DNA of 26,754 bases from a virus (lineage: Duplodnaviria > Heunggongvirae > Uroviricota > Caudoviricetes), in the IMG/VR virus record IMGVR_UViG_3300035182_000695, positions 1 to 26,754 of that record. One strand, written 5' to 3'. Shown here one piece after another: positions 8,118 through 17,382 of this stretch (the stretch's first letter is position 1; the number at the start of each line of letters is the position of its first letter). Under the pieces are notes generated by a model, which saw only the letters and a list, made by a program, of their open reading frames with translations, did not search any database and was not told where the DNA came from. A program made the position numbers and the translations under genes.

Positions 8118-8897
8118 ATGAAATTCGCATATACAGAAATAAAACAAAAAGAGAGCGGTAGAATTGGAAGATATGCTTGCTTAGTGAATGAAAAACCTAA
8201 GCCTGAATATAAGTCTAAAGGCTATAATCGTTCTGAACACATGGCGCTACTTGAATGGCAAAAGAACCATATTGAAATTAAGTTCTTTGATGCTCAACAA
8301 GAAATACTAATCGAAACTCACATAAGAAGTGAAAGCATTCCTGAGCATATCGATATGGCTCTTATTGCAGGAGTAGAAACTGATTGCGTTGTTGTTATTG
8401 AAGGTAAAGCGCATTTTAAAATGCCTGTATATAAAGATTTAAACAAAGTAGAAGTGCCGTCGTTTATGCTCACATTTATCAGGGTATCAAATCAAAAACT
8501 AGAATGTGTTTGTAATGAATACGATTTTGAATTGAAAAATTACGATGAATGGCTTTCTAAAAGCACTATCATTAAATTTAGCGACGAAGATGAAGAGCAT
8601 AAAGTTTTCAGATACACAATAAACGAATTTAGAAAACGTGATAACACATTATCTATGTCAACTATGCTTACTCTAGGGATTAAAACAGATTGTATATCAA
8701 TCGAAAATTCGGTTGCTAAATTTAAAAAGCCTTTAAGTATTGATGAAAGAGACGCAGAAGATGTTTTGAACACTCAGATATACAATGTATTGTTTAGCTG
8801 TTTTCTTCACGGTAGAGATACAGTAGAATCATTTAAAGACTACAATGATAGAAACAATGTTGTCGAATTTATAAAAACATTAGTGCGTAAAAAATAA
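8118..8897 (+). CDS. hypothetical protein with an internal tandem domain duplication
   Basis: EW..IKF.D...G(V/I)xTDC...AxFKxP occurs twice. Confidence 0.75.
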   Translation: MKFAYTEIKQKESGRIGRYACLVNEKPKPEYKSKGYNRSEHMALLEWQKNHIEIKFFDAQQEILIETHIRSESIPEHIDMALIAGVETDCVVVIEGKAHFKMPVYKDLNKVEVPSFMLTFIRVSNQKLECVCNEYDFELKNYDEWLSKSTIIKFSDEDEEHKVFRYTINEFRKRDNTLSMSTMLTLGIKTDCISIENSVAKFKKPLSIDERDAEDVLNTQIYNVLFSCFLHGRDTVESFKDYNDRNNVVEFIKTLVRKK

Positions 8898-8903
8898 AAT
8901 AAT

Positions 8904-9143
8904 ATGAAAAACAAAATGCTATTGCTTTCGATTTCAACTATACTTCTTTTCAGTTGTCAAGACGAAGCCCCTATTTTTAATAAATGGAATCCATTTGTTG
9001 TTCACGAAATTAAGTACTACAAAGATTCATTAGATTGCTACACGGCACTTTATGTAAAAGCTCGTGGTGTTGTACACTCTAATCTGTATGCAAAACGAGG
9101 AATGTTTAAAATCGGCGACACTATTAATGTTTCAAAAAAATAA
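8904..9143 (+). CDS. putative lipoprotein
   Basis: Signal MKNKMLLLSISTILLFSC followed by QDE. Confidence 0.7.
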   Translation: MKNKMLLLSISTILLFSCQDEAPIFNKWNPFVVHEIKYYKDSLDCYTALYVKARGVVHSNLYAKRGMFKIGDTINVSKK

Positions 9144-9147
9144 AGTT

Positions 9148-9636
9148 ATGAAGGTAATTATTAAATCATTTGACGGTACAGTTTTACCGTTTCTGTCTGA
9201 GTTAGATGTTCCTAGCGAAATAGATAATCCTGATACTGTGGAATTAACTTACGATTTTAGAATTAGAAAGTTTCACTTACAATTAATAAAATTGGAGTGG
9301 GAAACTTCACTTGATAAGTATTGCGTTAAAACAAAAGCTTTAAACTCTTATAGAAACAACCGTGATGGATATTTTCAATTCGAGAAGGCTTTAGAGATAG
9401 GAATTGATGTAACTAAATATGCAGATGTTGAAACTAAAATAAGTGCTGCTGGAGATATAGGTGTTCGTAGAATAGTTCACTTTAAATCTACATACAAAGA
9501 GCCTGACAAAGGAAAGCCATTTATAGAAGCTGCTGTTAAAGATTTATTGAATGAGTTACATAGAGAAGAAATAACATTTAGCAGAATGGTTGAGAAAATG
9601 AATGAAGTAGCAATTGAATGGTCGCACAAAAAATAA
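9148..9636 (+). CDS. hypothetical protein (start revised from 9064)
   Basis: ATG 9148 follows the upstream stop at 9143, avoiding an 80-nt overlap. Confidence 0.7.
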   Translation: MKVIIKSFDGTVLPFLSELDVPSEIDNPDTVELTYDFRIRKFHLQLIKLEWETSLDKYCVKTKALNSYRNNRDGYFQFEKALEIGIDVTKYADVETKISAAGDIGVRRIVHFKSTYKEPDKGKPFIEAAVKDLLNELHREEITFSRMVEKMNEVAIEWSHKK

Positions 9637-9655
9637 TCAATTTAATAATACAAAA

Positions 9656-10100
9656 ATGAAACCAAATAAAACAACAACAATCACAAACGAATTAAGATTA
9701 CCTATTTTACGCTATGTACATTGGACAAGAATGCTACATAGAAAAAGGTAGAGTTACAGGCGTTAAGAAACAAATCATTCCAAAAGTATTGGACTTTAAA
9801 AAAGACAATGATAGTTTCATAGATGCTACAAGTGCAATATTTGGAAACCACCCTATTCTTTTAAAAAGCTTAGCTAGTGTCAGTCATGCTGACATTATAG
9901 AAGTTTGCAAAATTGAGTATGGCGAACAATATGGTTTATTGGATGACACTTTACTTATTGGCGATAGAATCATACAAGCAATGGAATTTGGCTTTAAATC
10001 TTTTCAGTACTTACAATCTAAAGGTTACGCTCTTCCATATTTAGATTACTCGGTAGAGCAGCTAGTGAAATTAAAAGTTTACAAACTAATTAAACAGTAG
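9656..10100 (+). pseudogene. paralog family A member 2, frameshifted near the N terminus
   Basis: ATG 9656 reads MKPNKTTTITNELRLPI; removing one T from TTTT 9705-9708 joins it to YAMYIGQEC...FQYLQSKGYALPY. The 9714 frame is closed by TAA at 9693. Confidence 0.6.
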
Positions 10101-10101
10101 T

Positions 10102-10305
10102 ATGAAAAAAAGCGAAATAATAAAGAAACATTTTGGAGAAGGTAAAGCTTGTGAATTACACAACATCGGACAAGCTATGCAGGAATATTCCGATTTGAAT
10201 GTTAGAAATGCAATATATAAATATTTATCTCAAGGATGCCCGAATAGAAAAGGATTAACTTGGGTTGATTGGGTTGATAACTATCTTAAAAACGAAAAAC
10301 AATGA
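10102..10305 (+). CDS. hypothetical protein
   Basis: 67-aa ORF coupled to the next gene by ATGA. Confidence 0.6.
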   Translation: MKKSEIIKKHFGEGKACELHNIGQAMQEYSDLNVRNAIYKYLSQGCPNRKGLTWVDWVDNYLKNEKQ

Positions 10306-10580
10306 AACCTATACATAAATTAAATGGCGGTGATGGCGCTACACTTTGCAATAATTGTAGTACTGTAATATCAAAAGGATTAACGGACGAATTGTTTTGT
10401 GATTCTTGTAAAAACACACCGGCTGTAAATGCAAAGATGTTGAGACATAAAGTTGTTTTATTTAAAAAAGAAGTTGTTAATGAAGGCGCAACAAAATTCT
10501 TTTGTGAAATAGATTTTAAAGGTAGCACCATCTGTACCAGTCAATGCACTAGATGTAAAAAAATAGAAACGGAATCGTAA
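10302..10580 (+). CDS. Cys-rich putative Zn-binding protein
   Basis: KPIHKLNGGDGATLCNNC...CDSC...CTSQCTRC. Confidence 0.7.
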   Translation: MKPIHKLNGGDGATLCNNCSTVISKGLTDELFCDSCKNTPAVNAKMLRHKVVLFKKEVVNEGATKFFCEIDFKGSTICTSQCTRCKKIETES

Positions 10581-11008
10581 TGACAACAAAGCTAGAAAGA
10601 CAGTTTGAAGAGTATAAACAAAAGACTCTCACAAAGAGAAATGAAAATGAAGCTAAATTAAAATTAGCCCATTGTGTAATTCCTGTTAGAGGAATGGGCG
10701 CAACAAAATCTAAAGATGTTTCCAGAACGCCTTACACTATTGTTGATGTTCATCCAACACTAAAATCAATAGCTGTTCAAATTGATACAGTTTCGTTTTT
10801 GGAAGGCTCATATAATCCAGAAACAGGAAAAGAGTACGCTCGATTTAAAAAGAATAAAGATGCGCCTAAAATAAAATACACTCTTCGTCAAGACGGAAGA
10901 TATTATGAATATCAGACCTCTTGTAGCGATTGGAATAATTCAATATTTATCGGACAGCGTTTATTCTATGACAAAAATCAACCAACAGTACATAAATATA
11001 AAAAATAA
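10580..11008 (+). CDS. conserved hypothetical phage protein
   Basis: PVRGMGAT...PYTIVDV...LRQDGRY...IGQRLFYD pattern. Confidence 0.7.
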   Translation: MTTKLERQFEEYKQKTLTKRNENEAKLKLAHCVIPVRGMGATKSKDVSRTPYTIVDVHPTLKSIAVQIDTVSFLEGSYNPETGKEYARFKKNKDAPKIKYTLRQDGRYYEYQTSCSDWNNSIFIGQRLFYDKNQPTVHKYKK

Positions 11009-11042
11009 ACAATATGAAAATAAACAATATGAAAATAAACAA
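11002..11042 (+). repeat. 15-bp tandem duplication of a translation start region
   Basis: AAAATAAACAATATG twice plus partial AAAATAAACAA. Confidence 0.9.
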
Positions 11043-11313
11043 ATGGTACGCACTCTCATTGAGAGTAATAGGCTTATTCGTAACGGCAATGATTGTGTCT
11101 TTCTCTCCTGAATTATTAAGAGATTTTTTCGCAGATGAACTTTATAAAGTAGATAGCTCAGGCTATAATTGGCATCACTCTTTAGTTGATGATGATTGGA
11201 GTTGGGGTTACAGACATTACTTATATTTCTTTATGTGTCTTGCATTATTTATAATACAAGCAGTAAGATTGTTTAAGTGGATTGAAAAATATTCTGATGA
11301 GTTTAAAGCGTAG
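11014..11313 (+). CDS. two-TM membrane protein (start 11014 or 11029)
   Basis: Hydrophobic YALSLRVIGLFVTAMIVSF and YLYFFMCLALFIIQAV. Confidence 0.7.
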   Translation: MKINNMKINKWYALSLRVIGLFVTAMIVSFSPELLRDFFADELYKVDSSGYNWHHSLVDDDWSWGYRHYLYFFMCLALFIIQAVRLFKWIEKYSDEFKA

Positions 11314-11320
11314 TGAAATT

Positions 11321-11518
11321 ATGATGAAACACACTCAAACGTACTATCTTTGGAAAGATAAAAATGGTACATTCTTTATTACAGATTATAAAGAAACAGA
11401 TAAAAAAGGTCGGGTTAATATTGACGGCTATGGCTACTTAGAAGTTGAATTGGAATTAAGCAGCAAAGTCAAAACAGATTTGTTAACTCACGTTCAAGCA
11501 CTAACATACAAAAGATAA
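11321..11518 (+). CDS. hypothetical protein (start revised from 11282)
   Basis: In-frame ATG 11321 after the upstream stop at 11313. Confidence 0.6.
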   Translation: MMKHTQTYYLWKDKNGTFFITDYKETDKKGRVNIDGYGYLEVELELSSKVKTDLLTHVQALTYKR

Positions 11519-11523
11519 AAATA

Positions 11524-11997
11524 ATGAGACAATTAAAACTTAGAAGTAATATGGGAAACGGTAAAACTGAATACACAGAAGAAGCGAAACGAATACACGC
11601 TATGAATAAAGTAATAGCTGAGTTTGACGGCTACAGGACGTACAGTAAAACATACGGAAGAAATCACGGCATAGGCGGCGGTATGTTAGATATACCGAAA
11701 GAGTGTATAATTGAAAAACTGAAATACCATTCATCGTTTGATGCTATTGCACCAATCATTTATAGGCTAGAGTCAGTTACAGATACAAATATTATGTTTT
11801 ACATAACAAAGGGCTTTTGTGGTTGCGTTCACGATTGGGTTGATACATCTACGGAAGAATTCAAGAATTTCAAAAACACTTCTATTGATTACAAATACTC
11901 TTCGTTTAATGGAGCTAGAATATTAGCAATTCATCAAGCGGTTTATGATTGCATAGTTTGGTATAACGAATTAAGACAAAGTAAAGAAAATGTCTAA
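11524..11997 (+). CDS. conserved hypothetical phage protein
   Basis: NKVIAEFDG...LKYHSSFDAIAPII...AVYDCIVWYN, a motif set typical of a Bacteroidota phage family. Confidence 0.7.
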   Translation: MRQLKLRSNMGNGKTEYTEEAKRIHAMNKVIAEFDGYRTYSKTYGRNHGIGGGMLDIPKECIIEKLKYHSSFDAIAPIIYRLESVTDTNIMFYITKGFCGCVHDWVDTSTEEFKNFKNTSIDYKYSSFNGARILAIHQAVYDCIVWYNELRQSKENV

Positions 11998-12211
11998 ATA
12001 TTTTTTAATAACGGTAACAAATCAAGACGGAAAAAGCAGAACATTCGTTGAAGAAGGTAATTCTGTTTTTAGCGCATTTATGAATAAATTAAAAGCAACT
12101 AAAGAAATTGAAGGATGGAAATTTCCATACAATACAAGTAGTATTACTTTTGCTCAAGAAGCCTCTAAGGAAGATTATGGGTCTTACTCATCACACAAAA
12201 ACGCTATGTAA
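11990..12211 (+). CDS. hypothetical protein
   Basis: 73-aa ORF. Confidence 0.6.
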   Translation: MSKYFLITVTNQDGKSRTFVEEGNSVFSAFMNKLKATKEIEGWKFPYNTSSITFAQEASKEDYGSYSSHKNAM

Positions 12212-12345
12212 TGAGAACTAAGTACATTCGATATACTCGAATAGTAAAACACTCTATTCTTTATGTGCTAACATTCAACAAAGAACACTACTACGAAGTA
12301 ACGCATTACTACTATATGAAACGATTCACAAACATTAAAAATTAA
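12211..12345 (+). CDS. small hypothetical protein (44 aa, absent from the ORF track)
   Basis: TAATG coupling; MRTKYIRYTRIVKHSILYVLTFNKEHYYEVTHYYYMKRFTNIKN fills the gap. Confidence 0.5.
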   Translation: MRTKYIRYTRIVKHSILYVLTFNKEHYYEVTHYYYMKRFTNIKN

Positions 12346-12349
12346 AACA

Positions 12350-12553
12350 ATGACAAAAATTATTTTATCAAGAACGAATCCTACAACAGGCTCGCCATTC
12401 TATTTTATCAATGTATATAACAAAGACAATATAGGATTTACCCTCAGTCAATTCTCTGCAATGATTAGTGAAGCGCAATATCTATCAATGAAAGGCGTAA
12501 CAGAAGAAGTATATCAAGCAGAAGGTAATTTATATGTTGTTAATCTAGCTTAA
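12350..12553 (+). CDS. hypothetical protein
   Basis: 67-aa ORF. Confidence 0.6.
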   Translation: MTKIILSRTNPTTGSPFYFINVYNKDNIGFTLSQFSAMISEAQYLSMKGVTEEVYQAEGNLYVVNLA

Positions 12554-12563
12554 AAATAAAAAT

Positions 12564-13028
12564 ATGAAAACAGTAAAAGAATTATTTATGCCATACAATC
12601 TGGCTATGATTGCAAAACAAAACGGTTTTAAAGAGAGGTGCTTCTCTATGTATGTTACTGATAATTATGGCGGCACTCCCGAAGAGCCTAAGTTAATAAG
12701 CGTTGGCGGTCATTGGGGTAGCGGAATTGGCTCTTCAATGATTGACGTTAAAGACTTTCAATTGAAGTACGAAGAATGTCCAGCTCCATTATACGCTCAA
12801 ATAGTAAATTGGTTTAGAGATAATCACGGCTTAGTACTTGATGTTTATCAAGAGTGGGATTACGCTGATAAATATACTGGCAAGTGGGAAATAGATATAA
12901 GCATACTCAATAATTACAAGCCCGATAAAGAGAAGCCTACTTATGGAGGTGTTACTAAATTCAATGAGTATAATGAAGCTTGGAATAATTTAATTGAACT
13001 TGCATTTGAAACAATATCAAAAAAATAA
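12564..13028 (+). CDS. paralog family B member 1
   Basis: LFMPYNLAMIAKQNGF...APLYAQIVNWFR...YNEAWNNLIELAF. Confidence 0.8.
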   Translation: MKTVKELFMPYNLAMIAKQNGFKERCFSMYVTDNYGGTPEEPKLISVGGHWGSGIGSSMIDVKDFQLKYEECPAPLYAQIVNWFRDNHGLVLDVYQEWDYADKYTGKWEIDISILNNYKPDKEKPTYGGVTKFNEYNEAWNNLIELAFETISKK

Positions 13029-13033
13029 TATCA

Positions 13034-13396
13034 ATGAAAAATATAAAACAATTATTCTTGCCGTACGAATTGTCTGCTATTGCAAAAGAAAAAGGATTTA
13101 ATGAACCTGATATGTTCTTTTGGAGCATTGGCGCAGAAGATTTTAAACAAGTGTTATGGTCTAATCAATATTCAAGAGGTAACTCGATAGACGCTCCACT
13201 TTATCAACAAATATTAGATTGGTTTAGAGAAAAACACAGAATAGATATTGATATAAGTTGCGATTACGAAAGGGAAACTTGGTGGTTTGGATTTAGAAAA
13301 AAAGGATGCGCTTACAATAAAGATTATTCTATGAAGTTCAAATCTTACTACGAAGCACTTGATAAAGCAATAGAAGAATCTTTTAAACTAATTTAA
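13034..13396 (+). CDS. paralog family B member 2
   Basis: LFLPYELSAIAKEKGF...APLYQQILDWFR...YYEALDKAIEESF. Confidence 0.8.
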   Translation: MKNIKQLFLPYELSAIAKEKGFNEPDMFFWSIGAEDFKQVLWSNQYSRGNSIDAPLYQQILDWFREKHRIDIDISCDYERETWWFGFRKKGCAYNKDYSMKFKSYYEALDKAIEESFKLI

Positions 13397-13408
13397 TAAA
13401 AAATTATT

Positions 13409-13750
13409 ATGAAGCATTTATTTTTACCCGAAAATTTACAAAAGATTGCATTTGAAAAAGGCTTCAAAGAGCCTATATTGAAAAGCAATACAACATTTCA
13501 TTACCCTAATACGAATTATGTTTTTTCTGACGGCGGTATTTTGTATCAACAGATTGTCGATTGGTTCAGAAACCAAAAAATACTAATTGAAATATTTCCA
13601 ATAGATGATTGGAACTCTTGGTCATATAAAATAAGCGCAGAAGATGCTATGGCTCCTTTCTTCGTAGCTGTTCAATATGACGTTGAGTTTGATGATTATA
13701 TTAAAGCAATGAATGAAGCAATTAGTGAAGCGTTTGAATTAATAAAATAA
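13409..13750 (+). CDS. paralog family B member 3
   Basis: LFLPENLQKIAFEKGF...ILYQQIVDWFR...YIKAMNEAISEAF. Confidence 0.8.
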   Translation: MKHLFLPENLQKIAFEKGFKEPILKSNTTFHYPNTNYVFSDGGILYQQIVDWFRNQKILIEIFPIDDWNSWSYKISAEDAMAPFFVAVQYDVEFDDYIKAMNEAISEAFELIK

Positions 13751-13761
13751 AAAATAAAATT

Positions 13762-14112
13762 ATGGCAACAAAAATTACAGGTAAAAAGAGATTGCGTGAA
13801 ATTCAAAATGAATACACTAAAGGATTCACAAATAATTACAGCGTAGGTCTAATTAAAATGGCTATCGCTCACGGCTTTGATGAGCAAAATAAAGAAATAA
13901 ATAAACTCATTAAACAGCAAAGGGAGGAAATCAATGTTTTAAAAGCTAGAATATCTAATTTAAAGACTGAAAACTTGAAATTGATAGTCTTACTCAAAAA
14001 AGTTTCAAAGTGCGCTAAAAAGAGCAATGTAATAGCGGAATTAAATGAAATTCTGTTAAATGAGACTGATTTAGTTCTAAAAGGCAGTAAAAAAGCTTAT
14101 TTGAAGAAATAA
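13762..14112 (+). CDS. coiled-coil hypothetical protein
   Basis: 116 aa with a heptad-like QNKEINKLIKQQREEINVLKARISNLK. Confidence 0.65.
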   Translation: MATKITGKKRLREIQNEYTKGFTNNYSVGLIKMAIAHGFDEQNKEINKLIKQQREEINVLKARISNLKTENLKLIVLLKKVSKCAKKSNVIAELNEILLNETDLVLKGSKKAYLKK

Positions 14113-14221
14113 ACAATGCTTTGTTAGCAATTATTTTCAATAAAAGTTTGCAGATTCAAAAAGATGTTATATATTTGTGTAACATTTAAGTTAAGCACCA
14201 TTTTTAAAAAAAGACAGTATG
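14110..14221 (+). promoter_or_regulatory. Promoter module P2
   Basis: AACA-N6-TGTT 14112-14125; TTTG 14147-14150; N19; TATATTTG 14170-14177; TAAC-N6-GTTA 14180-14193; AAAAAAAGACAGT before ATG 14219. Confidence 0.85.
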
Positions 14222-14704
14222 ATGAAGACAGCTCAAGACAAGAATAGCGATATAGTTCTATTCAGAGATTTAAAAACAATCCCATTATTATTTGTTGAAA
14301 ACGACCTTTGTTTATCAGAGAGAGATAAAGCAGACATTGAATGTTTTTTAACTGGTATGCAGAAAGGCTTCGAGAAACTTGAAAACTTCAATATCAAATA
14401 TGTGTTTGACGCATTCGGCAACAGAGACACATTCAAAGAACTTGAGAAAGCTGAAAATATTATGTTGTACACATACTTTACAGGCGATTCATATTCTATG
14501 CTGAAAAACTTTATAGCGATGTGTAAAGTAAATAACTTAAAGAACAAAAGAATATTTGATGTAGTCGATAGAAGCGTTTTAGGTAACACTTTAGATTCCG
14601 TTAAAGAAGATATTGAACTTTTAGATAAAGAGCATAACATTAGCTTATATACTTTGCCTAGAGGTATGTTTGATTGTTTTACTAAAATAAACTCTGAATT
14701 TTAA
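14219..14704 (+). CDS. hypothetical protein (first gene after P2)
   Basis: 161-aa ORF. Confidence 0.75.
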   Translation: MMKTAQDKNSDIVLFRDLKTIPLLFVENDLCLSERDKADIECFLTGMQKGFEKLENFNIKYVFDAFGNRDTFKELEKAENIMLYTYFTGDSYSMLKNFIAMCKVNNLKNKRIFDVVDRSVLGNTLDSVKEDIELLDKEHNISLYTLPRGMFDCFTKINSEF

Positions 14705-14706
14705 AA

Positions 14707-15156
14707 ATGAAAACAAATTACACCGTAGAGCAAATAATAGATATTTGCAAACAACTATTCCCTAGATACATTGATTGCGCTTTTAAATTGACGAAGCCTG
14801 AATCAACAGAATGGTTACCTTTAACTATACTGAGACTTCAACACATGAACGAATTTTATTTATGGACTCAGCATCCGCTTCAACTTAAATCATTGACATC
14901 TATTACTGAGGAAGATTGTAAAAAGATTGCAAAACTTATTGTTATACCTCACATAACCGGTCAATCAAAAAAACTAAGTATTCAGTTTTATATAGAAGAT
15001 AGGGCTAGAAAATCTTTCTCCGAATCGGTTCTTATGTTTCAGTATTTACAATCAAAGGGCTATGCACTACCTCAGCTAGTATTTTTAGACGATGAAGCGA
15101 AAGTTTTGACGGTAGATGAACAGATTGAATTAGGAATTATAGAAATAATAAAATAA
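14707..15156 (+). CDS. paralog family A member 3
   Basis: LKSLTSITEED...MFQYLQSKGYALPQ...LTVDEQIELGII. Confidence 0.8.
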   Translation: MKTNYTVEQIIDICKQLFPRYIDCAFKLTKPESTEWLPLTILRLQHMNEFYLWTQHPLQLKSLTSITEEDCKKIAKLIVIPHITGQSKKLSIQFYIEDRARKSFSESVLMFQYLQSKGYALPQLVFLDDEAKVLTVDEQIELGIIEIIK

Positions 15157-15157
15157 T

Positions 15158-15493
15158 ATGGAGAAGTTCTCAAAATTTATAATCGAAGGCGAAAACCTTA
15201 TTATAATGAAAGTAACATTTCATAAAGAAATTGTAACTGATGCAACTAAAGTTAAAGGCGGCGGTTGGTTTAAATACTTACAGCATACAGATATGTTTGT
15301 TTTTAGCGGCGATAGCCACGATTTCGGTCCAGCTAAATTTGAAGACATACAACAATGCGTTAAAAACGGAAAAGTGTTTTCAGATAACAGACTTTACAGA
15401 AACATATCGCACAAACATAATTTCGGTTATGATACAGGCAGCGAAATAATTGAACTCAAAGCAGACGAATCTAACCTTAACGAAGAAATATAA
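15158..15493 (+). CDS. hypothetical protein
   Basis: 111-aa ORF. Confidence 0.7.
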   Translation: MEKFSKFIIEGENLIIMKVTFHKEIVTDATKVKGGGWFKYLQHTDMFVFSGDSHDFGPAKFEDIQQCVKNGKVFSDNRLYRNISHKHNFGYDTGSEIIELKADESNLNEEI

Positions 15494-15951
15494 TGAAATC
15501 AATATCAGAAAAAGTAAGAGCCTGTATATACAATCAATACAAGTTAGGCGCAGCTCCAGACATTCAAACAGATGTAAATCCAATTACTTTGGCATCTACT
15601 TGGTACTATTCTAAAAAAATAAAAGCAACTCGCTTAATTGATTTATCAGATGTTGATATTTTAAGACTTGCCGACATAGATGACTTGCTTACAAAAGAAT
15701 CTAAAATAATTCGAGACGGAAATGTTATTAGTGTTCAATCTTACATAGACGATGAGCTTTACGAACTATGCGTTGACTGTAAAGATTGTTTTATCTTTCT
15801 TAAAAAAGAAGGCAAGTGCATTCCTTTTATGACGGCTCTATCTATGTATCAATACTTACAAGCTAGGCAATACGCACTTCCTTATTTAGGATATACAGTA
15901 GAAGATTTAATTGAATTAAATGTTTTTAAAATAGTTGAAAATGAAAAATAA
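15493..15951 (+). CDS. paralog family A member 4
   Basis: RLIDLSDVDILRL...MYQYLQARQYALPYLGYTVEDLIELNVF. Confidence 0.8.
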   Translation: MKSISEKVRACIYNQYKLGAAPDIQTDVNPITLASTWYYSKKIKATRLIDLSDVDILRLADIDDLLTKESKIIRDGNVISVQSYIDDELYELCVDCKDCFIFLKKEGKCIPFMTALSMYQYLQARQYALPYLGYTVEDLIELNVFKIVENEK

Positions 15952-16219
15952 AAATATAATTTTTACGCCAGCGATTATACTTATCATTGGAATACCTTTA
16001 GCTATATGGATAGGCTCAAGTTTAGGCAACGGATTAGCGGAAGCTGACAGAAAGGGAATGGAATCAATTATTAAATCTCAAGAAGCTCAACATAGTCATT
16101 TAGGCGAAGTTGTTGTGATAGATGGAGACTCTGCTACTGTTGTTGACATAAATTTTTGGTGTAAGTATGTACTAAGTAATGGTAAGGAACTAAACGGAAG
16201 TTACTTCGATAAAAAATAA
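15941..16219 (+). CDS. single-TM membrane protein
   Basis: N-terminal IIFTPAIILIIGIPLAIWIG. Confidence 0.65.
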   Translation: MKNKNIIFTPAIILIIGIPLAIWIGSSLGNGLAEADRKGMESIIKSQEAQHSHLGEVVVIDGDSATVVDINFWCKYVLSNGKELNGSYFDKK

Positions 16220-16223
16220 AATT

Positions 16224-16457
16224 ATGGCGGTATATCAATTTATATTTAAAGCTGAGGCTCAATTTTCAACTGCGATTGAGCTAAATGATAATCAGTACGA
16301 GAAAATAAAGAAACTAATTGGAGATAAAAATATGTTACTAAACGGAAACAAAAAAGATGCTTCATTAATAAAATTTTTTATGGCTGGCACAGAATATGAC
16401 ATATTTATTCCTACTGATATTGAAGAGATAGAAACACACAAATTAAAACCTTTATAA
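16224..16457 (+). CDS. hypothetical protein
   Basis: 77-aa ORF. Confidence 0.6.
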   Translation: MAVYQFIFKAEAQFSTAIELNDNQYEKIKKLIGDKNMLLNGNKKDASLIKFFMAGTEYDIFIPTDIEEIETHKLKPL

Positions 16458-16459
16458 AA

Positions 16460-16909
16460 ATGAAAAAGATGCAATTCGATACATCTCACTACGGAGAGTA
16501 TAAACAAAACGCAGAGAACTTCGGTTACAATGCAATTGTAATAACTGGTCCAATTATGGGCAAAAAAGATGTTGAATTCGGTAGAGTTGTTCAAGTCAGA
16601 AAAAAATCAGGCGCTTACGGAAGCGATACAGTATTATTAAGAAGGGCAGATAGTAGCTTGCATTCTTATCACAATATGGGTTTCTTTTCAGTATCTAAAG
16701 ACTACTTGCCTTTATATGAAGAAGCGATGAAAGAATGTGATGATAAGAAGTTAGACACAGGAGATAATACTTATAATATAATGGGCAATAATGCTGTTAA
16801 AGGCTTCGTAGTAGAAGGCTTAGATGACACTAACGGAAAAGTACACTCATTCGCAGTTACTACTACAAAAGAAAAAGACGGTACAATTAAAAAAACAATT
16901 ACAGCATAA
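16460..16909 (+). CDS. conserved hypothetical phage protein
   Basis: GRVVQVRKKSGAYGSDTVLLRRAD motif. Confidence 0.7.
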   Translation: MKKMQFDTSHYGEYKQNAENFGYNAIVITGPIMGKKDVEFGRVVQVRKKSGAYGSDTVLLRRADSSLHSYHNMGFFSVSKDYLPLYEEAMKECDDKKLDTGDNTYNIMGNNAVKGFVVEGLDDTNGKVHSFAVTTTKEKDGTIKKTITA

Positions 16910-17382
16910 TGACAACAAAAGAATTAATGGTAGGTAATTTAGTTAGACTAAACAACCCGATGCACCGTAAAGATGATAACGGAAAAATATTATCAGTATT
17001 ACAAATACAAGACGAAGCAATTAGTTGTTTTCCTATAATTGATTTGCCGTGTGCGTTTTGTTTTGGGCAGTTAATTAAATACATAGAGCCAATTCAATTG
17101 ACACACGAAATTATTAAAGCGTTAGGATTTACTATTGAACAAAAGCAAGTATCTCTAAATGTTGGTGGAGAGCTATTTGAATATGCTATTAACGATACTC
17201 TTGTTATTTGGTACAATAAGTCAAAAGGCTTTACGCTAGATTCAGTAGTTAGAGCGAAAGATAATCCAAGAGGAGAATCTGTTTATTACAATTCTGTTCA
17301 CGAAATACAAAATTTGTTTTTTGCTTTGAAAAAAAGAGAATTAGAAATTGATGTTAAAAAAATATTAGAAGCTACAAAATGA
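16909..17382 (+). CDS. conserved hypothetical Bacteroidota-phage protein
   Basis: ELMVGNLV...PIQLTHEIIKALGF...SVHEIQNLFFAL, matching the ELRIGN/PIPLTEE/VHQLQNLYFAL pattern. Confidence 0.75.
   Translation: MTTKELMVGNLVRLNNPMHRKDDNGKILSVLQIQDEAISCFPIIDLPCAFCFGQLIKYIEPIQLTHEIIKALGFTIEQKQVSLNVGGELFEYAINDTLVIWYNKSKGFTLDSVVRAKDNPRGESVYYNSVHEIQNLFFALKKRELEIDVKKILEATK

Noticed and set aside
10905-15449. Alternative-frame + strand ORFs 10905-11111 and 15240-15449
   Set aside because: They overlap well-formed genes; the KQYEN repeat in the first is only the 15-bp duplication read out of frame
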